Shown: in pieces, positions 19,545 to 27,922 of the stretch | How the letters are laid out: every line of letters starts with the position of its first letter | Numbering within the stretch: position 1 is the first letter of the stretch | Assembly (NCBI GenBank): GCA_022868165.1 | Contig: JALHYA010000017.1 | Coordinates: 11,634-75,633, forward strand | DNA: 64,000 bases | Source of the DNA: Patescibacteria group bacterium | GTDB lineage: Bacteria > Patescibacteriota > Microgenomatia > UBA8517 | Reading direction: 5' to 3' | Made by a program: the position numbers and the translations under genes | The notes under the pieces: generated by a model | Database searches by the model: none | Seen by the model: only the letters and a program-made list of their open reading frames with translations | Told to the model about the DNA's origin: nothing

Positions 19545-20656
19545 TTTGAAACCTTTGAATTAACAAAAGCTGAAATTTCTTTTTTGAATCTTTCTTTGGA
19601 AAACTTTTTGGCCTGGGCGATACAAGCTTCCGATGTAATACTTCGATGAATCGATTTATCGAAATGCCGGATGGCCGAGGATAGAGATTCCACGGTTGGT
19701 TCGTCGAAAAACACTCCGGTTTTACCTTCGATAACCGATTCTTTGACTCCGCCCGAGCGGAGCGCAATAACGGGAGTCCCAACCGCCATGGCCTCAACCG
19801 GAGTGATTCCGAAATCTTCAAATTCTGCCGGGAAAATAAAGGCCTTGGCTCCGGCCATAACCCTAAATTTCTCTTCATCGGAAATCTCTCCCAGAAATTC
19901 GACGGTCGGACCCGCCATTTTTCTAAGTTCTTCACCGTAGCCGGCAAATTCCTTCCCGAAAACTTTCAGGGGAAGATTAAGTTTGGTACAAACTTTAACC
20001 GCCAAATCGATTCTTTTTGGCCTCGCCAGCCTTCCCCCGGTTAGATAGTAATTTCTCGAGGTTGAATATTGGAGGTTAGAAGCTGGAAGTTCCACAGGAG
20101 GATAGATTACTGTAGAGTCTCTTCGGTAAAACTTCTCTATTCTGGCCACGACTTCTTTGGAATTAGCAATAAAATAATCGACATTTTGTGCCGATTCAAA
20201 GTCCGTCATTCTCAAAAAATGATTTGCAACCTCGCCCAAAACCCTAAAAACTACATTGTTTTTCCAATTTCTGGCTGTCGGATAACCATAAAGGTATCTG
20301 GGCGGAGTATGACAATAACAAACATGAACGGCTTTCCCCTTTTTGATTAAATTAGGAGTATAAGCCCCGGTTGCGGAAACGATGACCACGTCATATTTCG
20401 AGAAATCCATATTCTTGAAAATCGAAGGTGTAATAACACGAAACGGGCTTATCAGCTTTCCTTTCATTGGTATCCATTGAAGAAACGATGTCCTTATATC
20501 CCATTTGGAAAATCTTTCTTTATGGGGGCCCAAAAACCTTGGAAGATAAACAGTTGTATAAACGGGAGCTTTTGGCCATATCTCATGCAGGGTTTCCAAA
20601 ACCCTTTCCGCTCCCCCGTATTCCTTTATGTAGTCGTGGACTATTGCAACTTTCAT
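19541..20656 (-). CDS. glycosyltransferase family 4 (GT-B, GT1/GT4)
   Basis: EFEDFGITPVEAMAVGTPVIA C-terminal GT4 motif. Confidence 0.8.
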   Translation of the reverse strand: MKVAIVHDYIKEYGGAERVLETLHEIWPKAPVYTTVYLPRFLGPHKERFSKWDIRTSFLQWIPMKGKLISPFRVITPSIFKNMDFSKYDVVIVSATGAYTPNLIKKGKAVHVCYCHTPPRYLYGYPTARNWKNNVVFRVLGEVANHFLRMTDFESAQNVDYFIANSKEVVARIEKFYRRDSTVIYPPVELPASNLQYSTSRNYYLTGGRLARPKRIDLAVKVCTKLNLPLKVFGKEFAGYGEELRKMAGPTVEFLGEISDEEKFRVMAGAKAFIFPAEFEDFGITPVEAMAVGTPVIALRSGGVKESVIEGKTGVFFDEPTVESLSSAIRHFDKSIHRSITSEACIAQAKKFSKERFKKEISAFVNSKVSK

Positions 20657-21543
20657 ATTAGGTGCATTTGTTTTTCTTCATCCATTTGCTTGCCTACCTT
20701 TTTAACTCTTTCCGTTAGGGTCTTAAATCCAAAGTCTGCAAAAACATCCAACACTTTTTTATTATCAACGTCCCATTTGCTTGCCGCTTCCTCGTCGAGT
20801 TCAACGGGTACATCTTTTACTATCGTAGCTAATTTATGCGATATCTCCGCCGACTTTTCCCCCTCCTTAAGTTTCTCGGAAAGTTTCGGCGGGATTTTCT
20901 TCAAGTTTTTATAAACTCCTGTAACAGAACCGAATTTGTTAAGTAAATTAATCGCAGTTTTCGGTCCGATTCCGGGAACGCCAGGATAATTGTCCGAAGG
21001 GTCTCCGACCAAAGCTTTATAATCCGGGATAAGTTCCGGAACAACTCCCATTTTCTCAACTACCTCATCCTTTCCCATCAATTTTCCCTCCGACATACCG
21101 GAGATGGGCATATAAACTTTTATCTTCTTATTAACCAGCTGCAAAATATCCCTATCTCCGGTTACAATTACTACATCTTCTTTTGACTGGTTTGCTAAGG
21201 TTCCAATGACATCGTCTGCTTCAAAACCCGGCTTTGAAAATATAGGAATTCCGAAGGCATCTATAACCCTGCGGGCCTTTTCGAACTGACCCGAAAGCTC
21301 GTTTGCCATAACCGGCCGCTGAGCCTGATATTCCTTGAATTGTTTGTGTCTGAATGTCGGCGCCTTTTCGTCAAAACAAATTGCAATTTCGGAAGGTTTT
21401 AAGTCTTGGATTACCTTAAGAAGCATGCTAATTAGACCATAAACCGCATTAATCGGCTCTCCCCGCCTGGTTGTCAATGGAGGAAGTGCGTGGTATGCCC
21501 TATGAAGAATGGCGTTTCCGTCGATAACTACTAGTTTGCCCAC
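20653..21543 (-). CDS. 5'-3' exonuclease (Pol I N-terminal-like / FEN family)
   Basis: MGKLVVIDGNAILHRAYHAL signature and H3TH region. Confidence 0.85.
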   Translation of the reverse strand: MGKLVVIDGNAILHRAYHALPPLTTRRGEPINAVYGLISMLLKVIQDLKPSEIAICFDEKAPTFRHKQFKEYQAQRPVMANELSGQFEKARRVIDAFGIPIFSKPGFEADDVIGTLANQSKEDVVIVTGDRDILQLVNKKIKVYMPISGMSEGKLMGKDEVVEKMGVVPELIPDYKALVGDPSDNYPGVPGIGPKTAINLLNKFGSVTGVYKNLKKIPPKLSEKLKEGEKSAEISHKLATIVKDVPVELDEEAASKWDVDNKKVLDVFADFGFKTLTERVKKVGKQMDEEKQMHLI

Positions 21544-21557
21544 AAGATTATTCTAAC

Positions 21558-23468
21558 TTAATCCTTCCGTTTTACGCCAACAATCGCCTCGAAGTCATCT
21601 CTTTCCAATGTTTCTTTAACCAAAAGTTTTTTAACAATACTGTCTAGGGTCTTTCTTCTTTTCTTGACGATTTGAACAGCTTCCTTATAACAGGAGTCGA
21701 TAATTTTTTTAACTTCGTTGTCGATTTTTTCCTGCATTGCCGGAGAAACCTGCGCCGGTTCGTACATCTCCGGTGCTCCAAATTCGCTATATTCGGTTTG
21801 CGGGCCCAAATTAATCGGTCCAAGGTTGCTCATTCCGAAATCCACAACCATCGCTCTGGCAATCCTTGTTGCTTGGGCAATATCATTCGATGCGCCCGAT
21901 GTCATTTCGTTAAAAACCAACTCTTCGGCTGCTCTTCCCCCAAGCATCGCAGTAATTTCCTGAGTAAGATGGGTTTTGGTTTCATGCGACCTGTCTGCCG
22001 CGGGAGGAATTAGCGTGTGGCCCAAACTCATTCCCCTCGCAACAATGGAAATTCTGTGTACCGGGTCCATTTTTGGCAGAGTGTGGGTTACAATTGCATG
22101 GCCGGCTTCATGATAGGCCGTTATTTCTTTATCTTCTTTGCTTTGAAGTTTATTTTTGGCCGGACCAAGCTTAACTTTGGTGGCAGCCTCCTCGATATCT
22201 TCCATCTCCACCAATTCTTTTCCTTCGCGCGCTGCCAAAATGGCGGCTTCGTTAAGCATATTTTCCAAATCTGCTCCTGAAAATCCAACCGTTCTATCTG
22301 CTACTCTTTGCCATTTGACCCCGCGGGAAAATTTCTTCCCCCTGGCATGAATCTTCAAAATAGCCAGTCTTCCCTCCTTGTCCGGCATATCCAAAACTAC
22401 ACGCCTGTCAAATCTTCCCGGCCTTAATAGTGCGGGATCCAATAAGTCTCCCCTATTTGTTGCGGCAATAACCATTACGTTGTCGTTGGGAGTAAAGCCA
22501 TCCATTTCAACCAGAATTTGGTTCAGGGTTTGCTCACGCTCATCGTGGCCTCCAAAAAAACCTCTTCCTCTCGGGCGGCCGATAGCGTCTATCTCGTCAA
22601 TGAAAATAATCGAGGGAGCGGTGGCTTTGGCTTGAGCAAATAAGTCGCGGACGCGGGATGCCCCAACCCCAACGAGCATTTCCATAAATTCGCTTCCCGC
22701 CATGCTAAAAAACGGCACTCCGGCTTCTCCGGCAACGGCTCTTGCCAAGAGTGTCTTTCCGACCCCTGCCGGACCAAAAAGAAGTACACCTTTCGGAGTT
22801 CTGGCCCCAAGCTTACTGTACTTCGTGGGATTTTTTAGAAAGTCCACAACTTCCTCGAGCTCTTTTTTGGCATCATCAACTCCGGCAACGTCATTAAAAC
22901 TTACCTGCTGTCTGCCCTTGGCGAAAAGTTTTGCCCGGCTGCGGCCGAAAGAAAATATATCTTGTGCCCCTTTTGTTTGGGCCCGAATGATAAAAAAGAA
23001 GAAAACGCCCATTAGGGCGAGGGGTAAAACAATTCCCATAATATCTCCAAAAGTTTTGGATAAAGACTGGTCAACAACCTTATAGCTTATGCTTGAAGGG
23101 TTAACACCGGCCTTAGACAAAAGATCCGAAAAGCTGTCCTTATCCTCCTTTATTGAATACTTTACTGTCCCATCTTTATAGTCGAGGATTAAACGGTTAT
23201 CTTCTATTGTTACCTTGGAGAGTTTTCCTGCCTTGGCGTCCGAGACAACTTGGGATATATCTACATTAGTGTTGGTGTTTTTTAACTCAAATGCCGAAAG
23301 CAAAAGCGGTACCAGAAAAATTATCAAAAAGAGGCCAAAAAGAACCGACCAGAGATTAATCTTAATCTTAAACTGCAAGCCCTTTTTCCCTTTTTTGTCG
23401 CCAAAAATCTTTATTTTTCGCATACTTGCCTTAAGGCAGGCTATTTTACCACATTCAGCATGTGGCAA
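21558..23468 (-). CDS. ftsH: ATP-dependent zinc metalloprotease FtsH
   Basis: AAA Walker A GPAGVGKT, SRH region, HEAGHA zinc motif, N-terminal TM. Start may be the downstream MRKIKIF. Confidence 0.9.
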   Translation of the reverse strand: MPHAECGKIACLKASMRKIKIFGDKKGKKGLQFKIKINLWSVLFGLFLIIFLVPLLLSAFELKNTNTNVDISQVVSDAKAGKLSKVTIEDNRLILDYKDGTVKYSIKEDKDSFSDLLSKAGVNPSSISYKVVDQSLSKTFGDIMGIVLPLALMGVFFFFIIRAQTKGAQDIFSFGRSRAKLFAKGRQQVSFNDVAGVDDAKKELEEVVDFLKNPTKYSKLGARTPKGVLLFGPAGVGKTLLARAVAGEAGVPFFSMAGSEFMEMLVGVGASRVRDLFAQAKATAPSIIFIDEIDAIGRPRGRGFFGGHDEREQTLNQILVEMDGFTPNDNVMVIAATNRGDLLDPALLRPGRFDRRVVLDMPDKEGRLAILKIHARGKKFSRGVKWQRVADRTVGFSGADLENMLNEAAILAAREGKELVEMEDIEEAATKVKLGPAKNKLQSKEDKEITAYHEAGHAIVTHTLPKMDPVHRISIVARGMSLGHTLIPPAADRSHETKTHLTQEITAMLGGRAAEELVFNEMTSGASNDIAQATRIARAMVVDFGMSNLGPINLGPQTEYSEFGAPEMYEPAQVSPAMQEKIDNEVKKIIDSCYKEAVQIVKKRRKTLDSIVKKLLVKETLERDDFEAIVGVKRKD

Positions 23469-23489
23469 GCTTTGCTTACCACACTTTGC

Positions 23490-23828
23490 CTAGTGGATTT
23501 TGGACCCGGGCGCAATTTCGTCAATTGGAGCCAAAAGAATACACTCTTCGCCGTCATCGGTTTCTGCGGCCATTATCATCCCCTGCGACTCTTCTTCCAT
23601 CATCTTTTTGGGCTCTAAGTTGAAAACAAAAGCAAAAATTTTCCCTTTTAAATCTTTGGGCGTGTACCACTTTTTGATTCCGGAGAGAATTGTCCTTTTT
23701 CCTTCTTCGCCGAAGTCGACGGCAAGCCGCATTAAGGTTTCGGCGCCCTCAATGTTTTCGGCCTTGAGAACCTTCCCTACCCTGAAATCTATCTTTGAGA
23801 AGTCTTCAAAAGTAATTGTATCGCTCAT
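23490..23828 (-). CDS. tRNA-binding domain protein (CsaA/Trbp111-like)
   Basis: FRVGKVLKAENIEGA OB-fold tRNA-binding signature. Confidence 0.7.
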   Translation of the reverse strand: MSDTITFEDFSKIDFRVGKVLKAENIEGAETLMRLAVDFGEEGKRTILSGIKKWYTPKDLKGKIFAFVFNLEPKKMMEEESQGMIMAAETDDGEECILLAPIDEIAPGSKIH

Positions 23829-24829
23829 ATCAAACCCATTGACTTTTTGACCTCATCCAAAGTCCCTCGCGCAACAGCCCTGGCCCTTTTTGCCCCGTCT
23901 TCGAGCACTCTTTCTACATAAGAAGGGTCTTTTTCAAGAACTGCCCGCCTTTTTTGAATAGGCTCAATTTCCTTATAAATTGCCTGGGCAAGCTTTTCTT
24001 TGAGCTCGGAATATCTAATTCCCTCGCCAAGATACATCTTTTCGTATTTTTCTCTCTCCGCCCCTCCTTCAAAAAGCTCAACAAGTTCCAATAGCGTCGC
24101 CACGCCACCTTTTTCGGGCACTTTCTCCCCACGTCCGGAATCTGTCGGAGTTTTGGCCAGCTTCTCTTTGATGGCTTCCAGGCTGTCGGTTAGGTAAATC
24201 GAGCTTCCCTCAACTGTTTTGGCCATCTTCCCCTCTCCTGTTAATGACGGCACATACTCGCCCTCGGTTACGAATCTTGTCGGTTCCGGAAAGGATAGTC
24301 CATACTTCTCATTCATTTTTCTGGCAATTTCTCTGGTTATCTCAAGATGCGGTTCTTGGTCTATTCCGGTCGGCACAAGCGGAGCTTTATAAGCCAAAAT
24401 GTCGGCCGCCATAAGGATTGGATAGTTGAGAAGGCCAACATTTACGTTCTGGGGGTACTGTTTAACCTTCTCTTTGTAAGTGGGAAGGTGCTGCATGCGG
24501 GCTATTGACACGGCTGTTGAGAAAAGATAGGCCAACTCAACATGCTCGGGAACGTAAGATTGGATAAAAATCGTCGATTTTTCGGGGTCAAGGCCCGCGG
24601 AAAGATAGTCCATTACAACCTCCCTGGTGTTATTTTTGAGCTCCCTGGGGCTATAAGGCGTGGTAAGGGTGTGTAAATCGGCAACCATATAGAAAGTTTC
24701 ATAATCCGGATTATCTTGTAGGACCAGCATGCCCTTGACCGCCCCCAGATAATTACCCAGGTGTAGCCTTCCTGTAGCCCTAATGCCCGATAAAACTCGC
24801 TTTTTGGCCATATATACGGATTCTACCAT
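23825..24829 (-). CDS. trpS: tryptophan--tRNA ligase
   Basis: HLGNYLGA (HIGH-region variant) and KMAKT (KMSKS variant). About 330 aa class I aaRS. Confidence 0.85.
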   Translation of the reverse strand: MVESVYMAKKRVLSGIRATGRLHLGNYLGAVKGMLVLQDNPDYETFYMVADLHTLTTPYSPRELKNNTREVVMDYLSAGLDPEKSTIFIQSYVPEHVELAYLFSTAVSIARMQHLPTYKEKVKQYPQNVNVGLLNYPILMAADILAYKAPLVPTGIDQEPHLEITREIARKMNEKYGLSFPEPTRFVTEGEYVPSLTGEGKMAKTVEGSSIYLTDSLEAIKEKLAKTPTDSGRGEKVPEKGGVATLLELVELFEGGAEREKYEKMYLGEGIRYSELKEKLAQAIYKEIEPIQKRRAVLEKDPSYVERVLEDGAKRARAVARGTLDEVKKSMGLI

Positions 24830-24918
24830 TATTGAGGCTAAAGAGGAAATTTACTAGTGGCTACGAGAGGATTCGCCGTGCAAAACTTAACCTTGAGAAG
24901 CACTATCGAAACCTCGAG

Positions 24919-25156
24919 TGGCTACGAGAGGATTCGAACCTCTGATCTTGCGCTTATAAGCGTAGCTTGCAAACCCTTCGGGTTTATAAGCGAAGCTTGT
25001 GTCGCGAAATATTGGTGCCAGCGACAGGACTCGAACCTGTGACGGCTCGCTTATGAAACGAGTGCTCTACCGCTGAGCTACGCTGGCATATTTCGCGTCA
25101 TGAAATCCCGCTCTTAGGCGATAGCCGCACCTCTTGGTGCACTGAGCTACGTAGCC
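24919..25156 (-). other. interrupted/split tRNA gene (host of nested tRNA-Met)
   Basis: 5' part GGCTACG-TA-GCTC-AGT at 25156 downward. 3' part AGAGG-TTCGAAT-CCTCT-CGTAGCC-A ending at 24919. Acceptor strands are perfectly complementary (7/7). The about 190 nt between them contains a complete tRNA-Met. Confidence 0.45.
25013..25087 (-). tRNA. tRNA-Met (anticodon CAT), elongator-like, CCA encoded
   Basis: GCCAGCG-TA-GCTC-AGCGGTA-GAGC; anticodon stem CTCGT/GCGAG with loop TTCATAA; T-arm ACAGG-TTCGAGT-CCTGT; CCA. Flanked by a 12-bp inverted repeat GTCGCGAAATAT/ATATTTCGCGTC. Confidence 0.85.
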
Positions 25157-25262
25157 GCGTCAATGCTTAGCTCGCCTAATTCAATTCTGTCCCTTTCGGG
25201 ACACGAATCTTTACCGCTCGCTAGCCTTTCCTTTCAAAATTGCTAGGCAATTTTGGTGTTTA

Positions 25263-25283
25263 CAAAATCGCAATGCGATTTTG
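25263..25283. repeat. perfect 10-bp inverted repeat CAAAATCGCA-a-TGCGATTTTG
   Basis: Read directly in the tRNA-locus intergenic region. Confidence 0.5.
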
Positions 25284-25358
25284 AGAGGAGGAGCCGACTT
25301 GAAATAGCTAAGTCCCGACTAAATCGGGACGAAGCGCAAAAGTCGAGCTCCGACGATG

Positions 25359-25428
25359 TTGCGGGGCTAGGAGTTGAACCTAGCCTGGAAGATTATGAGC
25401 CTTCCGTGCAGCCGTACACTACCCCGCA
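25359..25428 (-). tRNA. tRNA-Met (anticodon CAT), initiator-like (TGCGGGG...CCCCGCA acceptor, loop CTCATAA), no CCA encoded
   Basis: Acceptor TGCGGGG/CCCCGCA, D-stem GTGT/GCAC, anticodon stem GAAGG/TCTTC with loop CTCATAA, T-arm CTAGG-TTCAACT-CCTAG. Confidence 0.7.
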
Positions 25429-25454
25429 CGTAGATGAACGGGCTCTATTATACC

Positions 25455-25817
25455 TCAAAGGAACAGTTTCAGCCACTTTCTCCAGGTTGGGTCAGGCAGT
25501 TTTTCTTCCTCTTCCGGTAGCCTCGGAGCCAACTCTTCTAGGATTTTTGTTTCCGGCAAAACTATCACTATTTCGCCCTTTTTAGCCAGCCCCAACTTAT
25601 CCCGTAGCTGTTTTTCAATATATTCCTCGCTCTGGGCTTCTTTAAGTCTAGCTTCCAAGTCGCTATTTTCTCCCTGAAGCTTAGTAATATTTTCCTTTAT
25701 CTTATCTGTCCCCCTTTTTGCTTCAAGTCCTTTGAATACATTTCTAACCAAGGAAATACTCAAAAGCACTGCAAGTCCTAAAAGTAATAAATTCGTATAT
25801 TTTGCTAACTTTTGCAT
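25455..25817 (-). CDS. septum formation initiator FtsB/DivIC-like (single TM + coiled coil)
   Basis: N-terminal TM, LQGENSDLEARLKEAQSEEYIEKQ coiled coil, 120 aa. Confidence 0.55.
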   Translation of the reverse strand: MQKLAKYTNLLLLGLAVLLSISLVRNVFKGLEAKRGTDKIKENITKLQGENSDLEARLKEAQSEEYIEKQLRDKLGLAKKGEIVIVLPETKILEELAPRLPEEEEKLPDPTWRKWLKLFL

Positions 25818-25948
25818 TGTAGCTTATAAGCACAGCTTGTGAGACTTTACTTTAAAAAGTAAACGTCTCATAATATGCGTTGACTCAGCAGAAATATGTG
25901 CTAGAATATAGGTCCTGCGAAAATTTCTGCTCCTAAGTTTATCTGATT

Positions 25949-26815
25949 ATGGCACAAGATACTCTAAAAAACCTGCTACCCAAGTTTGTCGAAAGCTTGA
26001 AAACCAAAGGTCGCTCCCCGTCGACCGTTCTCGCCTATCGGGCAGACCTTGAACAGCTTGTACAGTTTCTATTAAGCAAGAATAAGCCCCTTTCGGACCA
26101 GGTTAGACCCAGCGATTTGGAGGGCTTCCGTGACACCCTTTTGGCCGAAAAATACACTCCCAAAAGCGTATCCCGCAAGCTAAACGCCGTCAAAACTTTC
26201 TTTAGATGGCTGATTGCCGAGAATATTCTTACATCCGATCCTTCGGCTTCCGTAGCCCATCCCAAGATAGAAAGTTCTCTTCCCAAGTTTCTTTCCCAGC
26301 TGGAATATAGGGCTCTTCGTGATGTCGTCCGCGGGGATGTCAGAATAGCCGCTATTGTGGAGCTTATCTTGCAAACCGGAATGAGAATTTCCGAGGTTGC
26401 AAACCTTAAAATCGAAAATGTCAAAGAGAATGAAGCAAAAATTGAGGCTTACGCTACCCAGCCCGAGCGCACCGTTCCTCTAAACAAGCCGGCCAAAGAC
26501 GCTCTAAATGCTTATTTGGCAATCAGACCCGACAAAAACGGCTCGCCGTATGTGTTTGTAAGCAAAACCGGTCATCCGTTGGCAGTAAGAAATATAAGGG
26601 CCGCAATAGACAGATATATGCAAAAGGCAGAAGTTCCCGCCTATTCGGTTAATGATTTGAGAACTACTTTTATAGTCGAAAATCTTAAGGCCGGAGTTGA
26701 TTTGGTTCTTCTTTCCCAAGTAACGGGCCACAAAAGACTTTCGACAACCGAGCGTTATTTGGAGTTAGCCCAAGTCACCGAGCCCGGCAAGCGCCAAATC
26801 CTTCAGGAGCTTTAA
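25949..26815 (+). CDS. tyrosine site-specific recombinase, XerC/XerD-like
   Basis: N-terminal SAM-like core-binding domain (TVLAYRADLEQLVQFL). Catalytic R (RISEVANL), H-x-x-R and nucleophile Y in GHKRLSTTERYLEL. Confidence 0.8.
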   Translation: MAQDTLKNLLPKFVESLKTKGRSPSTVLAYRADLEQLVQFLLSKNKPLSDQVRPSDLEGFRDTLLAEKYTPKSVSRKLNAVKTFFRWLIAENILTSDPSASVAHPKIESSLPKFLSQLEYRALRDVVRGDVRIAAIVELILQTGMRISEVANLKIENVKENEAKIEAYATQPERTVPLNKPAKDALNAYLAIRPDKNGSPYVFVSKTGHPLAVRNIRAAIDRYMQKAEVPAYSVNDLRTTFIVENLKAGVDLVLLSQVTGHKRLSTTERYLELAQVTEPGKRQILQEL

Positions 26816-26820
26816 AAGTT

Positions 26821-27019
26821 TGGTGGAGCCGCTTGGGACCGAACCAAGTACCTGTTGTTTATGATAGAGCTTCACTCTGACATGTCAGCAAAACCTCTGT
26901 GGAACGGGATGGGATCGAACCATCGACCTCATGTTTATAAGACATGTGCTCTAACCACTGAGCTACCGTTCCATTATTGCTGTCATAAGACAACCGCTCT
27001 ACCAATGAGCTACGGCTCC
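26821..27019 (-). other. interrupted/split tRNA gene (host of nested tRNA-Ile UAU); reconstructed anticodon CAU or UAU
   Basis: 5' half GGAGCCG-TA-GCTC-ATTGGTA-GAGC-G-GTTGT-CTTATGA (27019 down to about 26983). 3' half TCATAA-ACAAC-AGGTA-CTTGG-TTCGGTC-CCAAG-CGGCTCC-A-CCA (about 26858 to 26821). Acceptor 7/7 and anticodon stem 5/5 complementary. Canonical D-arm and T-arm. Interrupted in the anticodon loop by about 137 nt. Confidence 0.55.
26900..26972 (-). tRNA. tRNA-Ile (anticodon TAT, reads AUA)
   Basis: GGAACGG-TA-GCTC-AGTGGTTA-GAGC-A-CATGT-CTTATAA-ACATG-AGGTC-GATGG-TTCGATC-CCATC-CCGTTCC-A. All stems Watson-Crick. Confidence 0.8.
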
Positions 27020-27056
27020 ATCGAGGCTATATTATATCAGAAAGAGGCTATTGAAG

Positions 27057-27908
27057 TTACTTTTTCTTCTTTTTATGATTCACGGCTCCTTCAATCTCCT
27101 CCCAATCTCTTACTTTTCGAATCTTCAGATTCTTTTCCCACATGGCTTTTAAGGCGGACATATCCACACCCATATTTTTGGCAAAACCCAAAAGCGCGAC
27201 TGTATCCTTGGGAAAACATTTGCCACCAAAACCCCGAATTGTTGTAACACTAAGGTGGCTCAACCCAATTCTGGGGTCAGCGGCAACCAGTTCCTTTACC
27301 TCGTCATATTTAATACCAAGGGCGGTACACAAGTCGTACATTTCATTCGCAAAAATGACCTTAGAAGCCAAAAGGGCATTGCTCATATATTTAACCATCT
27401 CTGCCGTGGTTGTATCCGTAATAAAAATTTTTGCTTTTGGTCCCAATAGGTCCCTATAAAGAGCAACCAATCTTTCCGAAACAGACTGGGAAAGGGCCCC
27501 TATTATTGTTCTGTCTGGGTGTAAAAAATCCCAAGGGCCATTGGCTTCAGTTAAAAATTCGGGGTTCATCGCAAAAAGCGTTTCCGGATACTTCTTTTTG
27601 AACGATACCGTTGTTCCGGGAACCACGGTGGATTTTATTGTGAGAATTTTATCTGTTTTCACTATTTTGGGTGCGATTCTATCAACAACCTCTTTGATCA
27701 CCGATAAATCGATCCCGCTGTTGTCGGAAAACATTGGAGTAGGAACACAAACAAATATAAATTCCGACTCGGATATTACTTTTTGAAGCGAAGCAGGACC
27801 TTTTTTATACTTATCCCACCAGAAAATTTCGTTTTCTTTGTTTCTAGCAAAACCTTCTCCGACGGCTTTCCCTACTATCCCCCAGCCGATAATTCCGATT
27901 TTAGCCAT
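27057..27908 (-). CDS. nucleotide-sugar (UDP-glucose/GDP-mannose) dehydrogenase family protein, short form lacking the C-terminal domain
   Basis: N-terminal IGIIGWGIVGKAV Rossmann motif and catalytic-Cys motif GFGGKCFPKD. Only 283 aa. Confidence 0.7.
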   Translation of the reverse strand: MAKIGIIGWGIVGKAVGEGFARNKENEIFWWDKYKKGPASLQKVISESEFIFVCVPTPMFSDNSGIDLSVIKEVVDRIAPKIVKTDKILTIKSTVVPGTTVSFKKKYPETLFAMNPEFLTEANGPWDFLHPDRTIIGALSQSVSERLVALYRDLLGPKAKIFITDTTTAEMVKYMSNALLASKVIFANEMYDLCTALGIKYDEVKELVAADPRIGLSHLSVTTIRGFGGKCFPKDTVALLGFAKNMGVDMSALKAMWEKNLKIRKVRDWEEIEGAVNHKKKKK

Positions 27909-27922
27909 CGGGCTTTATACTA

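Noticed and set aside
19477-19947. 156-aa minus ORF overlapping the GT4 gene
   Set aside because: Out-of-frame overlap with a well-supported glycosyltransferase ORF.
25090-25250. SRP RNA, 6S or RNase P in the tRNA-locus spacer
   Set aside because: No GGAAGCAGCC or GNRA helix-8 signature, and no GGAAAGUCCGG P4 motif. The spacer is better explained as the 5' part of the interrupted tRNA plus hairpins.
25253-25585. 110-aa plus-strand ORF
   Set aside because: Overlaps the initiator-like tRNA-Met and the tRNA-locus hairpins. No coding signal.
24850-27020. Ordinary explanation of the tRNA fragments as random tRNA pseudogene debris
   Set aside because: The acceptor-stem (7/7) and anticodon-stem (5/5) complementarity between separated halves occurs in two independent cases, plus the abutting 12-bp IR. 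This is too specific for random debris, so it is kept as a finding rather than dismissed.
26855-27247. 130-aa plus-strand ORF
   Set aside because: Lies antisense across tRNA-Ile and the outer split tRNA, and into the dehydrogenase gene. Spurious.
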